Both the position numbers and the translations under genes were made by a program. From NCBI RefSeq assembly GCF_964204645.1, contig NC_134033.1, positions 3,678,131 through 3,742,130 of the forward strand: a stretch of 64,000 nucleotides of DNA, read 5' to 3'. Below the pieces are notes generated by a model that did not search any database, had not been told where the DNA came from, and saw only the letters and a program-made list of their open reading frames with translations. Positions 56,401 to 64,000 of this stretch are shown in pieces (within the stretch, counting starts at the first letter, position 1; the number at the start of each line of letters is the position of its first letter). Origin of the DNA: Tubulanus polymorphus (taxonomy: Eukaryota > Animalia > Nemertea).

Positions 56401-58190
56401 ATTAGCTAGTACACCACACTGCGGGGTGAAAATGTAAATACTTATAAGTTTTTTATTTCGATTGAAAGATGGCAGCAACTGTGATGTTAAATACTAGTAA
56501 CTATAAATACACCGCACCTCGGTGTAGACGCATTATCGCGGTATGATGCCTGTTTTTCAACACACGGGTAGAGATTTTGAAAATCTTCAAAGGGTTACGA
56601 CGAAAACGTGGAGGAGACTGAAGATCTAAAGTCTCTATTCTATGTTTTTAGGATGTTGGTTCTTGTTACACTCGCTCCGTATTCGGTGACGATAAGAGTA
56701 ACTCAGAAGATTGTAACAGTCTTTACCCGTTCATCTGTGATCACCAGGTGCCCGGTGAGTTCATATATTACCTATTGGCCTTGGAAGTCTACTGCGGGCT
56801 GGTTTTTGAAAATTCACTGGGGTTCAAAAGTTGATCTAATGATAATGCGCTGAATCCAGGGAAGTTGCTCTGAGCGCTTTACGTATTACCTCCAGCCTAT
56901 AAACTCTAACCATATATCAGACCTGGACTCTACCGGGGAGATGCAACATCCCTGCAACCAATACGCACTCGGGAGTCGTCTTATCAGGCCAGGGTGGAGA
57001 GAGACAATGAGGATAAGTGTCTTGCCCGAGGAAACTACTCGGCCACACCGCCCCAAAAAAAGTTGCCACACGTCAATCTCTCCAAACACGCACATGCCAA
57101 ATATTTATTCAAACACGAACGTGTCAATCTGCAGTATTTCCTAAACATGCACGTGTTCCATAATCTCCATACATGTAGATGTAAATCTCGAAACTTGCAC
57201 ATGTAAATCTGCGAACATAAACATGTTTCATAATTCCTAAACATGCACATGTCAATATCCTCTATATGGTCTATATTGTTGTTATTTCAGCAACATGCCT
57301 AGCAGTGAACAACTGTTCCAGTAACGGAGTTTGTAAAGCGATCGATACTTGTCTATGCAATAAAGGGTTTTCCGGTACGTTTTACACCGAGCTAATGGCA
57401 CGCACCACCAGATGGCGCGACTGTACAGTTAACTCATTTCTAACCTTTGACCTGAAACTTTTGGCTCCCGAATCCAAATATCATAAAACTAATAATCAAA
57501 AAGATATGAACTTTCTACTCAAAGCGTTTGGTTTAGTTTTCATTGATATTTGATTTGATCAAAAGGGTAGAAAAGCGAATTCAATTTTGATTGAAACGTT
57601 AAGAGAAATTGAAGACCGAGTAATCACTGGCGACACCTGGTGGATCCTCACTTGCCGTAGTAGCGATGGAGGTTCCCTGTAGAAATACATGGAAGAAAAA
57701 GGGTAATTTTCTTGTTATCATTTAAGCTTTGTTTTTATAAGGTGCTGATTGTAGCGTAGCGGTCACTTGCGGAAATGTATCGTTATGTTCGGGTCACGGA
57801 GATTGCGTCGATTTCGACGTCTGCCGCTGTTTCACCGGATGGACGGGATCTAACTGCGCGACGCCGGCTACAACTACGAAACCCACTCAACCCGCTACAG
57901 TTACTCAATTCTCGGCTACGCGACCCACTACAACCAATCGACCCACTACAACCAATCGACCCACTACAACAACGGTCGCTCGATCAACAACAACACCACT
58001 TCTCGCTAAACCGGCGCCAACTCCAGCCGCAAACCAAGACGAGTTGTTCATTACGGTGCTCGCCTCGTTGGGAGGTGTGTTGGGATTGCTGATGCTCGTC
58101 GCGATCGGCTGCCAAGTGCACAGTAGCCGCCAAAAACCGAAACTGGCCGCGAAGGAAAGTCAGGCGGTGGTGGATTTCGAAGCGATGTAA
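41451..58190 (+). CDS. Bark beetle/Anakonda-like type I membrane protein (signal peptide, parallel beta-helix repeats, CUB-like, SRCR x2, MAM, C-type lectin, EGF x2, Thr-rich stalk, TM), ~2665 codons with one internal TAA
   Basis: Exons 41451-42263, 43026-43251, 43989-46095, 46629-46915, 47717-47794, 48493-50823, 51250-51381, 52770-52906, 53412-53631, 54870-55694, 55986-56083, 56174-56281, 56652-56754, 57291-57374 and 57742-58190 total 7998 nt, phase-consistent and GT-AG. Motifs: PY.I...L.IEPG..G (three times), [59 protein letters not shown], and [25 protein letters not shown]. Confidence 0.85.
42577..42768. repeat. 15-bp tandem repeat (gaccggtcgaattct) x ~13 with a higher-order duplication
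   Basis: Seen directly. The variant pair gaccggttgaattcc-gaccggtggaatgct recurs 90 nt apart. Confidence 0.95.
42810..42942. mobile_element. Harbinger/PIF-like MITE (GGCCC termini, CWG flanks)
   Basis: ctg|ggcccaagttcacaaaa ... tttcgtgaaactgggcc|ctg. Family copies at 8692-8829, 13243-13377, 24066-24195 and 28905-29047. Confidence 0.7.
47281..47581. mobile_element. Palindromic MITE with an 8-bp flanking duplication (gtctacct)
   Basis: atcctcgcttgccagggtttgattgccgcccgct ... agcgggcggcaatcaaaccctggcaagcgaggat, with an internal agccaatcaga/tctgattggct pair. Confidence 0.8.
51394..51842. repeat. ~41-bp minisatellite (ggtttactgtcccctgattgtcaggaacagtctctgaaaat)
   Basis: Seen directly, about 10 diverged units. 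Confidence 0.9.
53795..54277. mobile_element. MITE with inverted taagcctagcgcacatcgac ends and internal cacatcga repeats
   Basis: taagcctagcgcacatcgac (53797) pairs with gtcgatgtgcgctaggctta (54246-54265). Confidence 0.7.
56862..57045 (-). mobile_element. SINE fragment (CORE/Deu-like central domain)
   Basis: The minus strand reads cctcgggcaagacacttatcctcattgtctctctccaccc ... gtaaagcgctcagagc, typical of metazoan SINE cores and tails. Confidence 0.5.
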
Positions 58191-58601
58191 TCGGGTGGAA
58201 AATATTGATCACCGACACAATCATTCTTAATCTGGAATTGTTAACTGCACTTTTATCTAAATATTACATTATATTTAATTTAATTCAACGATATATTCTT
58301 ATAATTATTCAACCTTGTTACGAAAGCGTCTGTGATGTCGGTTTTATTTTTGTGAAATTCATATTTTTCTATTCAATTTTTCGAAGGCACGAGTTTTTCA
58401 TGGTTCTATGCAATAATGCGAAACAATACCGAGTAGACTGCGCTTGCGTCGCTAATCTCGCGAGACCAATAAATCTTTTTCTCCGAGGTACGCGATTCTG
58501 GGGTAGACGGAGCAGTAGAGGTGGTTTATCACGCGACGGATTGGTATATCAGGAAAATCTGCTATATTTTTTTCAGGCGCTTTACATAGCTCGGGGAATG
58601 G

Positions 58602-58954
58602 TATGACGAGATAATACGTCACAGGCTATGATGCCGGGCCGCGTAGACGTCTACGTCACGAGACAGTTGAAATAGTATAAAAAGGGTTTGGAGCTCTAAG
58701 AAAGAGGGTGGCCTCAGTTTAGTTTTGAGAAGAGATTGTAGTTAGTCGAGTAGGGAGAACTTATGGTGGCGGAGCTGGAGTGAGCCATGAGGCCGTGGGC
58801 TATGAAAGAATTTGAATGGACATTGTATGAAGAAGCTATATGGAAATAAATGATGGAACGATAGACCAAACGTTTGTATAGTCATTGTCAGTTGATAAGG
58901 TTTACATGAAGAACTCGTCTTGGCTGAATTTATTGTGGGATTTCTCTCGTGACC
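58602..58954 (+). mobile_element. Probable solo LTR
   Basis: Short inverted termini acgaga/tctcgt, TATAAAA at 58676 and AATAAA at 58845. Its 3' ~37 nt recur at 1871-1911, ending in CA. The TG..CA ends are degenerate and no clear TSD is seen. Confidence 0.45.
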
Positions 58955-59130
58955 CCATGGACATATAAACTAGATTATAAGTCCACGAACACCCGCAACA
59001 CGGTGGCCAACGCAACAACCGCAGCAAGGGACAGGACGACGACTCTGTTTCGCTTTTGCTGCTTCAATCAGGGAACTCTGCCCGATTCGCTTATCTGCAT
59101 CTGCCGCCTGGTGACCCGCCTGGTTTAAGC

Positions 59131-59533
59131 CGGGCAGAAGCAGAAACGTTTCTGCTTCTGCCCGGCTTTGCTCATCCTCCCCCGGCAGGGATTCGAACCT
59201 GATGGCATCGAGATTGCCACGGCACGAAACCCTGCCATAATCGACCGTGTGCGCAGATACATGCGCAGTTCAGATGATGTGATTTTTAGCCAATCAGAAA
59301 TCCCGTTTTATTTTAGCTCGGGTTTTCCCATTTAAAGTTCTTCCTTGAAATTTGCCTCAACGATTATACAACGAGCAATCTGATTGGTGCCGCCAGTTTT
59401 CGTTCGGAAAGCTGCGCATGTACCTGCGCACCCGGTCTACTGATGCAGGGGTTCGTGCCGTGGCTGAGTGTAGTGATGCCATCAGGTTCGAGTCCCTGCA
59501 GAGGGAGGATGGGCTTTGCTTTGCTTCTGTCCG
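59131..59533. mobile_element. Foldback/MITE with ~150-bp diverged inverted arms
   Basis: gcagggattcgaacctgatggcatc / gatgccatcaggttcgagtccctgc and gtgcgcagatacatgcgcag / ctgcgcatgtacctgcgcac. The central part recurs at 63858-63990. Confidence 0.75.
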
Positions 59534-59849
59534 AGAGTGAGCCCAAAATCCCGTGGTGTTGGATTGCGAACCCTCCCAACAGCTATTTTGACTTGTATTT
59601 TACCTGCAAAGAACTGATAGATATTTGTCAACGTACATTCATTTCGCTATATTTTACAATTTGTATTTTACAAAATAACAAATTTACACAAAATCTCAGT
59701 AAATTGGTATGAATTTATGAGTATTGATTTTCTACTCGCTGTTAACAGTAAATCTTACAAATGAATTGTAGCAGAAGACTTCAATAATTTCTTTATACTT
59801 AAAGTTAAAGTTAAATCAATTTTCCAATACGCGAGATGACGCAGTCAGT

Positions 59850-60100
59850 TCCAGTATATTCTCAGATAGTCTACACTCAGACAGCACACTCTCATACAGT
59901 CACACTCTCAGACAGTCAGTTCACTCTCAGCAGTCAGTAAATTCTCAGACAGTCAGTACACTCTTAAGGCAGTCAGTACACTCTTAAGGCAGTCAGGACA
60001 CTCTTAAGGCAGTCAGGACACTCTCAGCAGTATGTAAACTCTCAGGCAGTCAGGACACTCAGACAGTCAGTACACTCTCAGACAGTCCTCAGACAGGCAG
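59850..60100 (+). repeat. 19-bp minisatellite (cagacagtcagtacactct) x ~13 upstream of GPCR copy 2
   Basis: Seen directly; the units are diverged. Confidence 0.9.
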
Positions 60101-60127
60101 TGCACCCTCATTTGATCTGCATGAATC

Positions 60128-61081
60128 ATGATGAATTCTACTCAGATGCGAATTGGCCGACCTTACGTCAGTTACATCGTTCTCATGTCTGTGGTAAACA
60201 AGTCCGGAATATACCGTACTGTGTCACTGGTCGTTCTGCCCGTCGTGTTCCTGTTCGGAGCGTTTGGCAATTCAGCAGCTTTCCTGATTATGACCAGTCG
60301 CAGATTCCGCTGTTTATCTTACGCTAACTATCTTGTCATTTTGTCGGTCAGTGATTTCACGTTTTGTATCAATCTTATTCTGATGCCTGTTTTACAGTTT
60401 GTCCTCTTGCATTTGAAAACAGGTCCAATATTCATGATGAATTCACTGATCAGTTGTCAAATCTATGAATTTGTAATGGTACTTTCAGCCTTCAATAGTT
60501 CGTGGTTGATAGTAGCGATATCTCTTGAACGCGCGGCAGTTGTGCTCTTCCCGTTCACATCTCGTTTGATATGTACACCGAGATTCGCTAGATATGTTGT
60601 ATCGATGATTACTGCAGTGAATGTACTGATTCTCTATCTCACACCTATTTTGTCGATGTACGTTTCTGACCAGTTTAGTGGATGTTACTACGAACTTTCT
60701 GACCAAATGATCCTTTTCACTTTAAGCGGTATCTACGTTTTCCTTCTGCCGCTAGCTTTGATTATAACATCAAATACTGTTATAATAGTTCAGTTGTTCA
60801 GAGGTTCAAAAATGGTTTCGTCCGATAAGAAAACTGCAAAATCAAAAAGTACAACAATAATGCTCGTAACGGTTTCACTCGCATTTGCAATATTCACACT
60901 TCCATCAACTATAACTACATTGTTACCAGTCTCGCTAGAACAGGGCGAATTTCTATATGACATATTCGCACAGTTTCAAATGTGGAACTATGTTGTTAAT
61001 TTCTACATATATCTTCTACTGGGACGAGAAATTCGCGAATATTTCTGTATGAAAATCCGCTGTAAAAAGTCCGTTAAATAA
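60128..61081 (+). CDS. Intronless class A GPCR, paralogue of 29848..30798, 317 aa
   Basis: Colinear with the minus-strand copy, sharing identical blocks SSWLIVAISLERAAVVLFPFTSRLICTPRFAR and TTIMLVTVSLAFAIFTLPSTIT. Confidence 0.92.
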   Translation: MMNSTQMRIGRPYVSYIVLMSVVNKSGIYRTVSLVVLPVVFLFGAFGNSAAFLIMTSRRFRCLSYANYLVILSVSDFTFCINLILMPVLQFVLLHLKTGPIFMMNSLISCQIYEFVMVLSAFNSSWLIVAISLERAAVVLFPFTSRLICTPRFARYVVSMITAVNVLILYLTPILSMYVSDQFSGCYYELSDQMILFTLSGIYVFLLPLALIITSNTVIIVQLFRGSKMVSSDKKTAKSKSTTIMLVTVSLAFAIFTLPSTITTLLPVSLEQGEFLYDIFAQFQMWNYVVNFYIYLLLGREIREYFCMKIRCKKSVK

Positions 61082-62139
61082 CCACTGATTTCAAGTTTAC
61101 CCGTCATAAACTCAAGGAAATGGTTACAACTTACAAATATCTATAAACGTATCCATATACAATTGATTATCAAAAATTGTCAAGATCTTTTTGGTGGACT
61201 GCGATGAGCGGATCTAGCTTCGTCTTAGATTTTTCCTAATCCTCGGAACTTATGGCGGTTCTTCAGATGCGACCATTTGAGAGTGTCCTGTGATCTCCTG
61301 TCGGGGCGCAGCATGGAGAAAAAAGCATTCCCATATTTCATCGAGGTTTATTTTATGATTGAAATTTAACCAAAATAGCCATGAAAACCTAACCCCAATA
61401 TATATATATTGATATTCAATAATATGTCAGTCAAGAATGAAATACTGTAATTCGTGTCAACTGAAGATGGCAATGCCCAAAAGTCCCGCATTAGAATTTT
61501 AAGATTATACGCAATGTCCTTAAATTTGCAGGAGACGACATTTCCCGGGCTGGATATTGTGTCACCGCTATTGGACAGGAGATCACTCTCCCGGTCTGGA
61601 CAGCGTCTCCTTAAATTTCACGTGTTTACGCCACAATTCACTTCCTATACTGATTACTGGTCTGAAAAATCTATTCGAAAAACCCACAATGTTTCGGCAC
61701 TGTTGACTATAGTATCACGTGAACTAACCTGAAAAAGATAACCTGAAAAAGATTTGAATCCCCACACATTGAATCCCCCCAACTGAGAGTTACGTATCAA
61801 TTGAACGCCCTTCTTGATGCAGAAAACACAAAAGCAACTGCATTCGCCTGTATTCTCCCTTTTTAGAACTGTTAACATATTACAACCTATCCAGATATAT
61901 TTTCAATCGAAGCTATTTCACTATTTACAATGAATTCTCGCACAACGAATATTCTTTTTTCAATTTAGTTACATTTATATTCTATCCAATGATAGACATT
62001 CACAAAATTTCAGTAAATTGTGTTAAATTTCTGAGAATTGATTTTCTTCTCGCTATTAACAAAAAACCTATGAAGGCTTTAATGATGGCTTTATACCGAA
62101 TAATTTCCAATACAAGAGACACCAGTTCCATCACTCCTA

Positions 62140-62858
62140 GACAGTTCCCTCAGGCAGTCAGTGCATTCTAAAACAGTCCGTGCACTCTCAGACAGTCAGT
62201 ACACTCTAAAACAGTCCGTGCACTCTCAGACAGTCAGTACACTCTAAAACAGTCCGTGCACTCTCAGACAGTCGGTACACTCGCAGACAGTCAGTACACT
62301 CTCAGACAGTCAGTACACTCTCAAACAGTCAGCACACTCTCAGACAGTCAGTACACTCTCAGACAGTCAGTACACTCTCAAACAGTCAGCACACTCTCAG
62401 ACAGTCAGTGCACTCTCAGACAGTCAGTACACTCTCAGACAGTCGGTACACTCTCAGACAGTCGGTACACTCTCAGACAGTCGGTACACTCTCAGACAGT
62501 CAGGACACACTCAGACAGTCAGTACGCTCTCAGACAGTCAGTACACTCTCAGACAGTCAGGACACTCTCAGACAGTCAGTACACTCTCAGACAGTCAGGA
62601 CACTCTCAGACAGTCCGTGCACTCTCAGACAGTCCGTACACTCGCAGACAGTCAGTACACTCTCAGACAGTCAGTGCACACTCAGACAGTCAGTACATAC
62701 TCAGACAGTCAGCACACTCTCAGGCAGTCAGTACACTCTCAGGCAGTCGGTGCACTCTCAGACAGTCAGTACACTCTCAGACAGTCAGCACACTCTCAGA
62801 CAGTCAGTACACTCTCAGGCAGTCAGTACACTCTCCGACAGTCAGTACACTCTCAGAC
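62140..62858 (+). repeat. 19-bp minisatellite (cagacagtcagtacactct) x ~38 upstream of GPCR copy 3
   Basis: Seen directly. It explains ORFs 62256, 62408 and 62617 with their 19-aa periodicity. Confidence 0.97.
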
Positions 62859-62894
62859 ATAGTCGGGATATTTTCACTTGATCTACATGATATC

Positions 62895-63068
62895 ATGAAT
62901 TCTACTCATACGCAAATCGGCCGAACTTATAACAGTCACATCGTTCTAATGTCCATCGCGAACAGATCTGGAAGCTTCCGAACCGTTTCACTGGTCGTTC
63001 TGCCGAATGTGTGCCAATTCGGAGCGTTCGGAAATTCGGCTACTAACCTGATAATGATACCCCAATGA
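62895..63068 (+). pseudogene. Truncated third GPCR copy (N-terminus and damaged TM1 only)
   Basis: MNSTHTQIGRTYNSHIVLMSIANRSGSFRTVSLVVLPNVCQFGAFGNSATNLIMIPQ* matches the first ~55 aa of both paralogues, then switches to sequence homologous to 35945-36088. Confidence 0.9.
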
Positions 63069-64000
63069 GGACCCCACACCCTTCCCCTGTTAGGGCTTTT
63101 TTCAGTCGACCAGAACCCCCACCGATATTTCTCTCGCAGCCCTTGTAGGTCTATTGCAAAATCGTCTGCCCTTTTCAAATGAATGGTTCGAATCGGTGAC
63201 AAATGTACAAATGAATCTACCCGTTTCAATCTCCAGGTCCACCCGGCCCCTGGTGTGATGAAACACAAACCAACTGGTTTCATTTAGAGTAGGTCTACTA
63301 AATACTGTCAGCTAATCGCTTATTATACCACAACAGTAAACTATGTATTAAGATATAAAGATATGAATGCAAACCCTAAATTCGGATATGATATCTGGTA
63401 ACTTTGAGTGGCAATAGTAATACATGTAGGCCTATAATGCACGTGTATGTCTCAAATTGTTTGTTTGAACATATTGTATCTAAATCATGTAACGAATTAT
63501 TTTGTATCGAACGAATGTTGCACATTATCATAATTCTCAATCAATTTATATATAATTAGTGTGTAAACATCACCGTATTATATAGATCATTAATGATCCG
63601 GTTTTCTGTGAGAAAAATTTCTTTCGTTTTGGTTTCACTCTATTTTGCATCAAAGGAATTCTCTCGCACCTGGGACGACCGTTATGTCGATGGCTGATAT
63701 ATTTGGACTAATACAGTGATAACTCGAGTAATGCGATGACTTCCTTACCATGATCCAAACGAAATTGAAAAATCTTTAATTTTAAACTGCATTTTATAAA
63801 AGTAAAGTTCTAAAATTTTTTTTCTAAAAGAAATTACGAAATCATCTAAGCTCAGCTTAGATGACGTCATTATTAGCCAATCAGATATCCCGGTTTATTT
63901 TAGCCCGGGTTTTTCCCATTTATAGTTTATCCGTGAAATATGCCACTTTGCGATTTTACAACGGGCAATCTGATTGGCGCGGAAAGTTTTCGTGCAGCAA

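Noticed and set aside
59180-59500. tRNA genes suggested by GGTTCGA(A/G)TCC boxes (also the A-box at 7215-7242)
   Set aside because: No complete cloverleaf can be folded, and the boxes are parts of a foldback and a SINE.

Overview
AT-rich animal genomic DNA with spliceosomal introns and CpG-rich exons. The source is probably a marine invertebrate, and a lophotrochozoan is inferred from the gene families. Genes reconstructed by hand from splice sites and phases: a 3-exon secreted PAN/apple + Ser/Thr linker + LamG-like protein (-), an 8-exon ESD/S-formylglutathione hydrolase (-), an 18-exon ZBBX (-), two intronless class-A GPCR paralogues in inverted orientation plus a truncated third copy, a NACHT-LRR (NLR) gene whose upstream exon encodes a RHIM-like amyloid motif (-), and a 15-exon Bark beetle/Anakonda-like receptor (+) with one in-frame TAA. 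Mobile DNA includes a LINE fragment, SINEs, piggyBac-like and Harbinger-like MITEs, foldbacks, a probable solo LTR, dispersed minisatellites, and three Penelope-derived insertions carrying six minimal hammerhead ribozyme motifs. The most notable items are (1) the RHIM-NACHT-LRR, (2) the graded series of inverted hammerhead elements, one a 224-bp ORF-less palindrome with its own target-site duplication, (3) a templated copy of the RHIM codons at the breakpoint of the truncated GPCR, and (4) inverted CTCF-like arrays bracketing a frame-neutral exon block of ZBBX. All coordinates were read by eye and no database searches were run.
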